Positions 34,730 through 46,111 of a stretch of DNA of 64,000 bases are shown here, piece by piece (position 1 is the stretch's first letter; each line of letters begins with the position of its first letter). The notes beneath the pieces were generated by a model that made no database searches, was not told the origin of the DNA, and saw nothing but the letters and a program-made list of their open reading frames with translations. The DNA is from an uncultured Nitrososphaerales archaeon (lineage in GTDB: Archaea > Thermoproteota > Nitrososphaeria > Nitrososphaerales > Nitrososphaeraceae). A program made the translations under genes and the position numbers. The stretch is from contig CAVPXM010000020.1 of the NCBI GenBank assembly GCA_963709405.1, positions 48,362 through 112,361 of the forward strand. The letters run 5' to 3'.

Positions 34730-34899
34730 AGTTAGTTATGTTTTAGGCGTGGTTAGCCAAATAGTCTGCGCTCTTTTTCTAGCTAACTTATTTTACTATA
34801 TCGTTTTCCGTTATCACAATTATAATCTTTGCAGTTTCAAAAATTTGGAACTCTTGACAAATTAAGTGTGCGATAATGTATTACATTATCGTCTGAGTG

Positions 34900-36648
34900 T
34901 CAACTAATTCTTGGAAAAAATATAGGAATAAGAGATTTCTCAACCGAAGGATCCTTGATGTAAATGAACTTTGAAACTTCCTTAGAATCAATAATCTGTT
35001 GTAACAAAGATAGACAGTCTGGCGTGGTCGCAAAAACAAGTTTCCAGAAATCATCAACCTTCACATTTCTGTTGATTGGGAATCTGCATCTTATTCCTTT
35101 CCATGATATTTGCCTGTTTCTTGGCGCCTTACCTCTTTTGGGTGTTGGCGGAGTCTTAACACATCCATCAATTTCACATACTTTTACTCTTTGTCTCTTG
35201 ACGATAATAATACCTTCATCGTCTCTCAGCTCATTAGGTTTGCCATCCTGATCTTTGAAAGTAGGCAGAAATACTTCGCTATACCATTTCGCAATATATG
35301 GCCTAAGACTGCTTGCTGCCCTTTCCATAAGCTCAAGAGTCTCTTTCAAGTCATCAAGAATCATTATAGGGTAAGACTGACAAGTTTCTTTATCCAGTAT
35401 CTTAGGCCTACAATCCATATGTATCTTTGTAATGATTGCAAGGTATTTCATTAGCCTTCCCTGTACTGTCATACTCCATACTTGGTTTTCAGAAACTGGA
35501 ATTGATTCTGATATAGCTTCGGTAATAGGAATTGGAATCATGATACCAGAGTCCTTTGGCTTTAAATTTACGCTATGTTGCCTGAGTTTTGCAATTATGA
35601 CTTTTATTATGTGTCTGCACTTTTCCTTGTCTTCTCTTCCGACTACTAGTGCATCATATTCTTCTGGAAGACAGCCGTACTTATATCCAATTAATTTGTT
35701 TGCTGCCTTTATCTTTTCTTTACTTGTATCAGGTGTTATATTGATAAACCTTCTATTCTTTTCATCAAAACGCAATCCTCTAGTATCATCTATTACTCGT
35801 GTAGTGAATAACACAGGCATACCTCTTAACCTGTTAACTCTTGTTCGCAATTGACCGGAAACAGACTTCTCAGCAAAGGTATATTTTTGATCGCGTGGGG
35901 TGTCCTGTGATATCAGACTCATTAGTACGCTAAGTAACGAGTCTTGAGGAGTGTCTAGACATAAAATTATCTGATTGTCTAGCTCTATTAACTTCTCAGC
36001 ATTGTTCTTAACGTCCTTGATCCGCGCTTCAATTACCTTAATCTCTTTCCTATCCTGCCTGGATAGCTTGTCTTTTTCCTGAATTTCTTCTATTTGTAAT
36101 TCTAGTTCGCTTATTAGTGGAGCTATTGCACGAGTCTCCTCTTCGTCAGTTTCTTCGTTATATTCCGATGTCACTAGAGTACCTGGACGATGAACTAGGG
36201 CCTTGTCAGACATACCAGCCAGCTCTATAATGTATTTACTGGGAAAATATCCAGCTACAGTAACTAGTAGGTACGTCTTACCTGCTCCTGAGTCCCTCGA
36301 ATTAATAGCGTGAGGGATGGGGCATTTAGTAAATGCACTACAATAACCATAAAATAGCTGCTTAATAGATACTTCATCATATTCTGCTTCTTTTTTCATC
36401 GTAGAAATAACAAGAGCAATATCCTCTGTTGTTAGTTTTTCATTAGCAAGCTGCTCATCAGAATTGGGCTTTGCCAATCGGATCTCTGTTTCTTTGTTTC
36501 CTGAAGATTCTGACTCTTCTTGTATTGAATCATTCCCTTCCTCATGGGATTGACAGCTATCCGAGCTGAGACCTCGAAGCAGATCGTCTGGATCTTTCTG
36601 CCCATTCTCCGGTCCCATATCTTTGTTTGGGTTACTATCACCTATCAT
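34900..36648 (-). CDS. P-loop/AAA+ ATPase resembling plasmid or virus replication helicases; C-terminus probably chimeric
   Basis: Walker A SRDSGAGKT, Walker B-like IILCLD, MPVLFTT sensor, DEKNRRF arginine finger. Confidence 0.6.
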   Translation of the reverse strand: MIGDSNPNKDMGPENGQKDPDDLLRGLSSDSCQSHEEGNDSIQEESESSGNKETEIRLAKPNSDEQLANEKLTTEDIALVISTMKKEAEYDEVSIKQLFYGYCSAFTKCPIPHAINSRDSGAGKTYLLVTVAGYFPSKYIIELAGMSDKALVHRPGTLVTSEYNEETDEEETRAIAPLISELELQIEEIQEKDKLSRQDRKEIKVIEARIKDVKNNAEKLIELDNQIILCLDTPQDSLLSVLMSLISQDTPRDQKYTFAEKSVSGQLRTRVNRLRGMPVLFTTRVIDDTRGLRFDEKNRRFINITPDTSKEKIKAANKLIGYKYGCLPEEYDALVVGREDKEKCRHIIKVIIAKLRQHSVNLKPKDSGIMIPIPITEAISESIPVSENQVWSMTVQGRLMKYLAIITKIHMDCRPKILDKETCQSYPIMILDDLKETLELMERAASSLRPYIAKWYSEVFLPTFKDQDGKPNELRDDEGIIIVKRQRVKVCEIDGCVKTPPTPKRGKAPRNRQISWKGIRCRFPINRNVKVDDFWKLVFATTPDCLSLLQQIIDSKEVSKFIYIKDPSVEKSLIPIFFPRIS

Positions 36649-36651
36649 GGC

Positions 36652-36940
36652 TTAAATAAACTCCCATCTTAATGGCTCATTCTCGATATATTGATAGAAA
36701 GCCATTTTACGTCGGGCTCTGAAAATTCTAAACACGGCCTGAGTTACGATTCTATTAACTGATTCTATGGGCAGGGCGGCAAGCTCAGCCCTTAGTCTTG
36801 GAGAAAAATCTTCCAGATGCAGATGAAATCTTGGCTTATATTTGGCATTCTTACCTTCGAAGTTACCAATACTTCTTAGACCAGCATATTTGTCAGCTTG
36901 ATAAAAATACCTATTAAGCTGCCCTATAGCTATTTTTTGT
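36652..36940 (-). CDS. Small hypothetical protein in the element operon (start not resolved)
   Basis: Open frame of ~95 codons ending just before the ATPase ATG; lacks a canonical start. Confidence 0.35.
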
Positions 36941-37087
36941 CGCCTTTACTTCAACGGTCTTCTGGCACTCGCACATCTGCAAATATAGTTCATCTTCGAT
37001 GAAGCTAGAGAGCCAGTGAATTTCTTTCGCATTAAATTTCCAATCAGCCAAAAAGGCCGGTGGGACAAATACCTTCTCTTCATTCAT
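36914..37087 (-). CDS. 57-aa hypothetical protein
   Basis: ATGA overlap with the Toprim gene stop; MNEEKVFVPPAFLADWKF...CECQK. Confidence 0.45.
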   Translation of the reverse strand: MNEEKVFVPPAFLADWKFNAKEIHWLSSFIEDELYLQMCECQKTVEVKATKNSYRAA

Positions 37088-38028
37088 TTCCTTAGAGGCA
37101 CGAACCGAACGCTTTCGTTTACAAGTCGCTGTATATCTCGGGAGCTGAACTCATTAAGTGAATCCTTATGTATTTGTTTATCAAAATATTGATCCACTGA
37201 GCCAAGCACCAGCCTTCTTAATCTCTCGGGGTCTTTCTGCAAAGCATCAGTTTCGATTTGATATAGTCCGCCATTTTCTTTAGCAAATGCATTCGCATTT
37301 GGATCACGTCTTAATTTCTCTAAAACTTGCGGATCAGGATTCTTCAGGTGGTCTAGACCAAAGTCCACAATCTGCGACTTTCTCAGTGCAGTTCTCTCAA
37401 AATGAATGCCATAACCTCGAAGTTTCTGTCCGAGATTGTAGGACATTCTGAGACCTGTCGGATCATAATCACCAAAATAAAGAACGTGGACGATCTTACC
37501 TTGTCGTTTCTTAGAAAGTAATCGCTGAATATTGTTGTATTCGTACGTGATACTCGACCACCCGCGATTAGGAACAATACGGACTTGTCTATCTTTCAAG
37601 ATTTCCTGGAATGTTCCAACAACTGCATCTTTTTCTATAAATACTTCGACATAATGACGCTGATCATACCATCTTGGTATAGTATGATGGTATGATCTGT
37701 GTAAGTGTCGCAGTTTACCCAGGAAATAGTTTATAAATTCAATTGGTTCCCAATATCTATCGTCAATTTCAATTATGTGCCTGCTGTTATCGACAAAGGA
37801 GTCCATTGGAATTAGTTTCTTCTTTCTGGCGGTAGAAAGTGCCTTCACGAGACCCTTATATGCAGGTGTTGTAAGTGGTATGACCTGATCGGACCCGGCC
37901 CTATAAAATATCCCTCTTATCGTAGGCTTGAAACCGGTGTATTCGTTGTCTAGCAGATGCCTAACGTATGGTATTACAAAGTCAACCCAGTCGATCACTT
38001 TTGTTGCAGCATTGCTGGCGGTGATCAT
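37084..38028 (-). CDS. Toprim-domain protein (TopoVI-A/Spo11-like, DUF2399/JetD-like)
   Basis: TIRGIFYR (WH Tyr), VEVFIEKDA, NRGWSS, YFGDYDPTG. Confidence 0.75.
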   Translation of the reverse strand: MITASNAATKVIDWVDFVIPYVRHLLDNEYTGFKPTIRGIFYRAGSDQVIPLTTPAYKGLVKALSTARKKKLIPMDSFVDNSRHIIEIDDRYWEPIEFINYFLGKLRHLHRSYHHTIPRWYDQRHYVEVFIEKDAVVGTFQEILKDRQVRIVPNRGWSSITYEYNNIQRLLSKKRQGKIVHVLYFGDYDPTGLRMSYNLGQKLRGYGIHFERTALRKSQIVDFGLDHLKNPDPQVLEKLRRDPNANAFAKENGGLYQIETDALQKDPERLRRLVLGSVDQYFDKQIHKDSLNEFSSRDIQRLVNESVRFVPLRK

Positions 38029-38869
38029 GACCCAAGTGCCCCCTGTGCTAGAATTTTATTACCATTAATTTCTGAAGTCTCGTGATTTTTTGACTTTTGC
38101 AGTCTGCCTGTGAAGAATAGATAATATATAAATATTTATCTTATAAGCTCTACTCAGAGATGATAGTTATCTATCTTTAATCTTGGTTAAGAATCCTCTG
38201 TTCTATAATTAATTTTTTGAACTGAAAAATGATTTTGGCACGTGAATCATAGTAATTCTAAAAGACATTGTTACATTATAGTGCCGAGATCCTTTTAACT
38301 GTCTGAACCTGTAATAATTACAATATTCATAATTAATTCGTTTCAATCAATAGTCTTTTCAAGCTCATTCTAGGTCCATTTTGTTGACATAAGTATTCAA
38401 AATGAGAGCGTTTACTGAGCATAAACACTCTGACAATCTAATAGAATTTAAAAGGTACATGGCAAACGAAGGTAAAAAAATCTGAAATGGCTCCGGAATA
38501 TATAACTGACATAGAATTACCCATCGGAATACATTTTGAAGTGCTATTGTATCATCTTTAAAACATAACCAGATAAACAGAATGATACATCTAATATAAA
38601 ACAATATTCAGCGATTATGACTAAGCTGACATAGGATCTTTTTGTCTGCTCAAGCATATCTTGTTGTAGTTTATTCTATCATTTGTATAATTTCATCATG
38701 TAATGATCCAAATTCATTGCTCATCACACAACTTTCCCATCATCTGTCCGGTTAATATTGCTAGTGATTTAATCATGATTTTCATTTTTTATCGCCATTG
38801 TAAACTTGAATCACATACTGTTGAGACCATAGTCAAGGTGTACCAGGCTATAGTGTGGATAAGAATCCC

Positions 38870-39583
38870 TCACTTTCTTATCCTATACTTGTTCATAATT
38901 CGTAGTACTTCTTCATCACTCACCTGGCTGAAATCTTCGTAGAATGCTCCGACTGCTCCAAAGGGCTCAGGTGTTTCCAAGAATACTACTTGATTTACTC
39001 CTTCTTCCCCTTCTAGTTTTTGAATGGCATCTTTGGGAGCAACTGGGATTGCTACAATTAAAGTTTCTGGTTTTTGTTCTCTTATCCACTGTATCGCGGC
39101 GAAAACAGACGCACCTGTAGCAATACCATCGTCAACCAAAATTATAGTCTTGCCTCTTAGATTGTATTCTTGTGAATGTCTGAACAATAAGAGACGACGT
39201 TGAATTTCTTTCATTTGAATTGCTATATTTTTCTTAATGTAATCATTAGAAATTTGCAAGATCCGTATTAAATCAGAATTTGCAAAGAAACTACCGTCGT
39301 GCATTACTGCGCCTATTGCGAGCTCTGGATTATCTGGAGCGCCAATCTTTCTTGAGACAATTATGTCTAAATCTAATCCAAGAATTGAAGCTAAGACATC
39401 ACCAGTTACTACACCTCCCCTAGGTATAGCTAGGATTTGGGTATTAGATCTGTTATCGCTATCCTCATTCTTATTCTTGTCTAAGAGCGATCTTAATCGT
39501 TCTGCTAGTCGTCGACCGGCATCCTCTCTATTCTCGAATATGGTATAGTTGGTATCATCATCGCGTCCAAATCGATTATACAT
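38870..39583 (-). CDS. Phosphoribosyltransferase-family protein
   Basis: FENREDAGRRLA, LAIPRGGV, RKIGAPDNPELAIGA, LVDDGIATG, AVGAFYEDFSQVSD. Confidence 0.85.
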   Translation of the reverse strand: MYNRFGRDDDTNYTIFENREDAGRRLAERLRSLLDKNKNEDSDNRSNTQILAIPRGGVVTGDVLASILGLDLDIIVSRKIGAPDNPELAIGAVMHDGSFFANSDLIRILQISNDYIKKNIAIQMKEIQRRLLLFRHSQEYNLRGKTIILVDDGIATGASVFAAIQWIREQKPETLIVAIPVAPKDAIQKLEGEEGVNQVVFLETPEPFGAVGAFYEDFSQVSDEEVLRIMNKYRIRK

Positions 39584-39619
39584 GTCACTGGTTATTAGGA
39601 TCCATTTAGCTAAATATGA

Positions 39620-40250
39620 GTTATAACTAGGACCGTGTCCTTCACCTAAAATTCCCATCACTCTTGCGGCGTGTTCATTATAGACTTTTCCAACTTTTTT
39701 AATTTCAAGTGAATGATTTCCTGATCCCGAGCTACCAAGTTGCGGACTTCCTCTTCTTTTTGCAATATTCGAGACTTTGGAAGGATCTGCCCCTTCAACA
39801 CAACCATTTTCTTCACATACTTCTAAATCCTTATCTAGCCATCCATACCCATTCTTGATAGCGCATTGCATACCATTAGATAAGACGTGACTTAGTTCCG
39901 ATTCAATAAGCGGTATTCGTCCTCGGCTTACAACTCCGCTAGGAATAGCTTCGAATAATGTATCTATTAGAACAGGGATCTTTTCCCTTCTCGCTGTGGC
40001 TTCATATCTACCGCAGTTACACCACCTATAGGAAAACCATATCCTTTATGACCATCAAACAGTACAGCAACAGGTCCAACTATGTCTTGTAATGCTTTAA
40101 CATTGACCGCTTGATCTATAGCACGATCAGATGCCATAAAGGAAGCCAGTGTATCGTGGGCATAGATACTGACAGGAATCTCCATGCCTTTCGCAGGATC
40201 CTGTTGAACGATGAATTCAAAATCACTTACTTTCCTAACTTGATAATTGC
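39620..40250 (-). pseudogene. rtcB: RtcB RNA ligase, decayed N-terminal part
   Basis: DGHKGYGFPIGGV, GADPSKVS...QLGSSGSGNH; internal deletion, substitutions, no C-terminus. Confidence 0.8.
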
Positions 40251-40423
40251 TATATTTCGTGAAGAATTCTGCGGATTCTATGATATTTGAGCTGACGCCT
40301 TTTATTGATCTTCCTACTTTCTCCTAGAACTCATGTTTTAGAAGAATTTTGAATATCAAGTTATGTTTGGAGTGAATATCAGCCTCAACGTAAGTGCAGG
40401 CACAAGACACCTAATTACCGCCA

Positions 40424-40924
40424 TTATTTACCTAGCCTTTCAACCTCTACAAACCTAGACATTGCCTTTAGCGTGGGATCAGCTTTATTTTCCTCGTACA
40501 TTCTCCTAGCCAAATCCGAAGAAGTAATGATTCCCAGCAGAGTGTTGTCACGGACAATAGGTAATCTTCGTATCTTGTACTTGGTCATAATTAGCGCGGC
40601 ATCATAGACGCTGGCTTCCGGTCCCACAGTAATAAGAGGTTTAGACATTATTTCATACGCCGTGGTCGTTTTTGGGTCCTTAGATTCAGCAACAACTCTT
40701 CGTACTATATCTCGTTCTGTAATTATACCTGCCGGCATAGTCGTTGTTTTACTTCCATCGCTCGTAGTAGCATATTCCGTTACTATTACTGATCCTCTGC
40801 CTTTCTCTTTCATCTGGTTAGCCAAATCAACTACATTGTCTAATGCATTGACTGTCTCAAGCGGTAACGTAGTCATTAAGATCTCTACTGAGAGAGTCTT
40901 ATCATCAACATTAGGGGTTGACAT
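40424..40924 (-). CDS. CBS domain pair protein
   Basis: GIITERDIV, IMSKPLITV, IRRLPIV, GIITSSDL. Confidence 0.9.
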   Translation of the reverse strand: MSTPNVDDKTLSVEILMTTLPLETVNALDNVVDLANQMKEKGRGSVIVTEYATTSDGSKTTTMPAGIITERDIVRRVVAESKDPKTTTAYEIMSKPLITVGPEASVYDAALIMTKYKIRRLPIVRDNTLLGIITSSDLARRMYEENKADPTLKAMSRFVEVERLGK

Positions 40925-41121
40925 GTATATTCAAGACCAATCAATCGATATATATTATGATATGGATTGCAGTGCAATGCAAATTGTGGCTTAAGAACGG
41001 AAATGTCGCCGTCAATTCCTTCACGTCCTAGAATAAACTTTATACAGTTAGTTTTTCCAGAAAATCAGATATAGAAATAAAAGGACTAAGCCAGAGTACA
41101 ATTATAGTGAGATACTGGTAC

Positions 41122-41316
41122 CTCAGTCTTGAAACAGCATTAGATAATCTGAAAAATGGAGGTGGGCAGAGTTCTTCTATAGGAGATTGTGCTGCAAGTG
41201 AGCTATGCCGTATTTTCGACGATAGAAATTGGAGCAATCATGACAGAAAACTATTGATATTATTTTCTTATTTTATTTATTAGTGAAACATGATTTTTTA
41301 ATGCAAATGTACTTTG
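41122..41316 (+). repeat. 195-bp direct repeat, copy 1
   Basis: Nearly identical to 53588-53782 (two substitutions seen). Confidence 0.9.
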
Positions 41317-41340
41317 AACTTACTTCAAACAATCTGTGCA

Positions 41341-41880
41341 TCATTTGAGACTATGGGAATCAGAATTATTATTATTATTATCGGCTGCTTTTGCGGTTAT
41401 CTTTGCATTATTATAAAAATCAGTATTGTTTAACAGAGCAGATTCTATAAGTATGAGTATTATGCCAAATGGCTCCACTTCATAATTCATTGATTCAGAT
41501 AATCCTTTTAGTGGAAACTTGGTGCCGCAATGGGCTGCACTAAAAGGAAATCCAGAGTACACTTCCAAATGGAACTTATATTTATTATTCTGCATCCTCT
41601 TTGTCTCCTCATTATTGGAAATACCTGCTGCGTTACTCTTATTGCTCCAAACAAATTGGTTTCAAATTGTGCTTTTATTTCCAACAGAAATATCTCCGAC
41701 AGATCCAATAAGGCCATAACCAGCATTATTTACAAGTATGTCAATCCTTCCTTTTTCGGATTTTATTTTTTCTATTGTGATTTTTACTGATAAATCATCG
41801 TTAACATCTGGCTTAATGGCTTGTTGTGGCAACACACGTTCTTTATTTGCTACCGCCATGATGCTTGTAAATTTTCTACG
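41341..41880 (-). pseudogene. SDR oxidoreductase, decayed
   Basis: GRIDILVNNAGYG, FETNLFG, IINISS fragments in three frames. Confidence 0.75.
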
Positions 41881-41948
41881 TTTCCTGAAAAAGTAAAAAA
41901 GATAGCATTTACATAAATAGTACTATTCATTAATCCAGAATTGGATCG

Positions 41949-42911
41949 ATGCAAAGAAAAGAAAATATTTCGTTATTATTTAAGCATGGTGCTTTGTTGC
42001 TCATACCTGTCACACTTGTATTTTTTAGTTATTCTCATCCTAATATCGGTTTTTTCGTTTATGGCCAAAGTACTAATAACAATAGTGCTATAAATACAAA
42101 TAATAGCATCACAAATTCAACTAAACCTCTTGAACCTAGTGCAAATCCGACTGTCGGATCAATAATCAAGTTTAATAATCTACCTTCAAATTCGCTAGGT
42201 AAGAGTGCTATTGTAGAGTCTAACAATACTCTAAACGGTTATAACAATAACACACTGCTTAGGCCAAATGCTACTATTACGAATAGTAGTGAGAGTGCTA
42301 ACTATTTTCCATCCTCTTCCACCGAAAATATGACTGGTGCTCAACAAGGGGATGGTCAAGAGATCGATACAGGGAATGAGGGAGAGCAAGCCTTGACTGT
42401 TTCAGAAGCTCAAGCAATTAAAGCAAATCTTGTCATACCTGATAGTTCTCCATTTAAGAGCGATCAATGCACTCCTGTTGGTAGTATTGAAAAATTCGTA
42501 CCTAATCCATTTATGAAAGACTTGGCCACAACACGCTTTATTGTAGGAAATTGTATCACGGTAACTGGGAAGGTAACATGGACTCATTATATTAATACAG
42601 ATGGTGACGCTAACTTTAACATAAAACTTGATAAGAAATATAGTTCACTTTTAACACCTATAAATAAAAATAGTCCGAAATTAAAGGGTGCACTACACAT
42701 AGAAGTAGTTTGCCAAGGAAAGAATACATCTACCGATCCGGTTAAGAAAAATCAATGCAAAACTCCTAAATATGATGGCCCTAACTTCATAAAAGTATTG
42801 CCAAAAGTAGGAGAGAATGTCCAGGTTACTGGAATATATGTAATAGACGTACGTGAAGGAGGACATGCGGAGCTGCATCCTGTATATCAAATCAAGAAAG
42901 CCCTGGGATAA
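41949..42911 (+). CDS. Secreted protein, Asn/Ser-rich linker plus OB-fold-like C-terminal domain
   Basis: CITVTGKV...DGDANFNIKLD...HIEVVC...VQVTGIYVID...ELHPV. Confidence 0.65.
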   Translation: MQRKENISLLFKHGALLLIPVTLVFFSYSHPNIGFFVYGQSTNNNSAINTNNSITNSTKPLEPSANPTVGSIIKFNNLPSNSLGKSAIVESNNTLNGYNNNTLLRPNATITNSSESANYFPSSSTENMTGAQQGDGQEIDTGNEGEQALTVSEAQAIKANLVIPDSSPFKSDQCTPVGSIEKFVPNPFMKDLATTRFIVGNCITVTGKVTWTHYINTDGDANFNIKLDKKYSSLLTPINKNSPKLKGALHIEVVCQGKNTSTDPVKKNQCKTPKYDGPNFIKVLPKVGENVQVTGIYVIDVREGGHAELHPVYQIKKALG

Positions 42912-43315
42912 GCGAGTCAAAAACCGATCTAATTTTCCTATTCTTATACCATAGTTTAAATATTCGTCTTATTTTTAGAGCTGATCGGACATTTAGAAAT
43001 CTCAGCTGCCATTTGTTGGCGTTGAACCAGCAGACGTTAGATGTCTGATGATGGCAGTAATGCAAAGATTAGAGGATGTTCAGGTACACTTTGCCTTTAG
43101 TACAGGTACAGATACCATTACTGACTTTCAGTGAAGTGTTGATGCAACGACAGCAGATTAGGAGTAATCAAAGATATCTATTGACAAGATCCAATTCTGG
43201 TCAACTCATATAATTTGTGTTGGACTAATAATGGCCATCGAAAATGGGGTTAATTCATTTCAGAAATTCCAGCTACAATATTTTGGCACAAATCAGTCAA
43301 ATATACTGATAGTCT

Positions 43316-44226
43316 TCAAACGATTGCAGGTTTGCTCCCTTTAGTTTTCTGTTTTATCGTAAAAATAATGACAAGAGGCACAATAATTACTTCCAAGCCA
43401 AGTGCAATAGTATTTGATAACACATTAAGAAAAATATTTCGCAATATTTGATCTCTGAATAATATGATCCATATACTAAACAGTATCAGACTTGTCGCAA
43501 ACATAGGATATTTTATTAGATTAAATTTGCTAATTTTGCGCGGATGAATTCCGTTATGTCTATTTAATTCTCCAGCTACAAATAAGCCAACTACAGAAGC
43601 ATATGCAACCAATATCGTAACGTAATAGATAGTAGGATTCGCTGTCCAACTTAGAAGGTGCATACCGTTACCAGGAGCAAAGTTCGAAACCAATATTATT
43701 ACGATTGAAGTGTATAGAAAAGCTAGGTCAAGGATTTGGCTGTTTTGCGCAAAACCATATACCCCTCCCACATGGAACGGGATCACATCCGTATTCACTG
43801 AGATCAGGATCTGCCTTATCGACTTACCCTCTAGAATCTTCTTGATAAAAGTAAATCTTCTCTTGTGGATCTAATTGTTCATCTTTTCCATTAGCATCTA
43901 GTAATCCTCGCTTAAGAAGCCTTGTTAGAGGATAGAACCACTCAACACCCCTGTCTTTTACTGTAGTAAAGGAGTCTTACAACATATGAAGAAATATTCC
44001 TAACGAAAAAAAGGACTAATAATATAGGCTAATCCCATTATAAACACATTATGCAATCCAGCCCTGTGGATTTGTTCGTCAGCATATCTCTTCTTGGGCA
44101 GAACCAATATTCTCTATCCAAGTCTGGAAAAACTGCACCAAGAGCAATCAAAAGTTCGATCTCTGGCTTATCAAAGAATAGTAGTCCTACTGTAAATGCA
44201 AATGCAAAATGAGTCGGTAAATCCAT
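43316..44226 (-). pseudogene. Membrane metal-dependent hydrolase (YdjM/DUF457-like), frameshifted
   Basis: MDLPTH, AVFPDLD, HRAGLH, FLHML-DS motifs plus TMs. Confidence 0.65.
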
Positions 44227-44545
44227 ATTTCACTTCTCCGGGAGGTCAAGATGATTTTTTATGATACGTATTATGGTACATGCATTAATAACTGCAACTC
44301 TAAAATTGGTCATAATTCTTCATGAGTGTGCACACTTATTAAGCAGTACTCAAAAAATACTGTAATTATTCAGATTTCCTTATTATTTGTGCATGCAGTG
44401 TAACCTACGACTCAGTTCAGATAATATGTATATCTAGGCATGCGGCTCTGAAAAGTGGTATAAAATTTAGTTATTATTCTCTAGATAGCACATTGTTATT
44501 GTAGTTAGAAATAAATCGACTACCAGTATGGTCTAGGAGGAATCA

Positions 44546-45424
44546 TCATTTGGAATGTATCCTTTTAGCAACTAAAGAATAAAACAATCTATCAGGGATG
44601 AGCGGCAGCAACCTAACTGCAAATTTCTCTTTTGTAGATCCGATAATATATCTTTGACTTGGATTTGGTAAAGAAATGGCCTTATGAATAACATTTGCAA
44701 CTGCAATTGGGTTTAATCCTGTGTAATAATTGCTTTTTGGGAAATACTTGTTATATGCTAAGATAAATCTTGTTTTATTATTCTTATTTAGTATATCATC
44801 TATCTTTGGTCTCAAAGTATCATAAATACTAGTATTGATAACTCCAGGGTTGATAGTTATGACTTTGATACTTGTATTCCAAAGCTCCATTCTAAGAGCG
44901 TCAGACATTGCTTCTAATGCATGTTTTGAAGCTGCATAAGCTCCAATCAAAGGAAACGATATCAATCCAGCAAGTGAGCTTATATTTATAATTCTACCCC
45001 CTATTTCACTTCTTTGCATCATCATAATTGATAATACTCTTTTCGTAATGTCTACATGGCCGAAGAAATTGGTTTCAAATTGGTTTCTTAAGTTATCCAT
45101 AGTTATATCTTCTATTGCTGCAGGTTCAAGGTAGCCTGCATTATTTACAAGGCCATAGATTGCATTATCTCCGGCATTTGAAGTGATTTTACTAATGACA
45201 TCATTAAATATTTCTGGTTTGGTAATGTCAAACTCTATGGGTATATAGAGTTCTTTTCCACTTCTTTTGGATTGTATTTCATTCAAAATTCTTGCAGATT
45301 CAACGGCAAGCTTATCATATCTTCGCGCTAGTCCAAAAACTTGGTACCCTGATTCAAGCAACTTGATGACAGTCTCTTTACCAATACCACTAGAAGCTCC
45401 AGTCACTATAACTGATTTTCCCAA
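44546..45424 (-). CDS. Short-chain dehydrogenase/reductase
   Basis: TGASSGIG, NNAG, YAASK. Confidence 0.9.
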   Translation of the reverse strand: MGKSVIVTGASSGIGKETVIKLLESGYQVFGLARRYDKLAVESARILNEIQSKRSGKELYIPIEFDITKPEIFNDVISKITSNAGDNAIYGLVNNAGYLEPAAIEDITMDNLRNQFETNFFGHVDITKRVLSIMMMQRSEIGGRIINISSLAGLISFPLIGAYAASKHALEAMSDALRMELWNTSIKVITINPGVINTSIYDTLRPKIDDILNKNNKTRFILAYNKYFPKSNYYTGLNPIAVANVIHKAISLPNPSQRYIIGSTKEKFAVRLLPLIPDRLFYSLVAKRIHSK

Positions 45425-45608
45425 TTTAATTAAGTAACTTATATATGTGTTAGTACATATATAATACTAACTTATATGCCGGACTAAATGCTATAATGCT
45501 TAATAATTGAAGACTACTATTACCGCAACAGGTAAAGGAAAACTCGTTAGGATCAACAGTGAATTCAGTCATGGTATTATTTTAGAACGAAAAATAGAAG
45601 ATATTATA

Positions 45609-46111
45609 AGTGAAGTGTCTAAGTTTATGTCGTTATTTGCTCATTACATAACGTAGATTTCGAAATAATTATAGCTTGGGACAAGCCGTATTTTCATTCT
45701 GTGAATCATCTTCCAAACTCATACTTACCATACTACAGAAGAACAAGTTAAAGTCATTTATGAGGAATACGAATAACAAAAAGGAATACCGCAGATTACT
45801 GGCTATACTCCAAAAAGTTGAAGGTAGAAAAGACTCATACTCATATGGGATAACGCTTCATACCATGTAAGCCTAATGGTACGGAATTATATCAATGCAC
45901 AGAAACAAAAAGACTGGCTGACCATTATTCACCTACCAAAGAAAGCACCATACCTAAATCCAAATGAAAGGAAAGTAAACCAGCAGATAAAATCAGATGT
46001 GTGTGCAAACAGATTTTATACGCAGATAGAAGAACAGAAAGCTGCAGTATCAGGTTATCTAGAGAGTAGATTTGGAACTTGGAATGACGACAGACACTAC
46101 GACACTTGACT
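45609..46111 (+). mobile_element. Internally deleted non-autonomous copy of the IS630 element (503 bp)
   Basis: Same ends as 19158-20322, TA flanks at 45607-08 and 46112-13, about 660 bp deleted. Confidence 0.9.

Noticed and set aside
38870-39871. Apparent RtcB-phosphoribosyltransferase fusion ORF (333 aa)
   Set aside because: The RtcB part is a truncated, mutated fragment joined by a non-homologous stretch; the PRTase has its own ATG at 39583, so this is an accidental in-frame read-through
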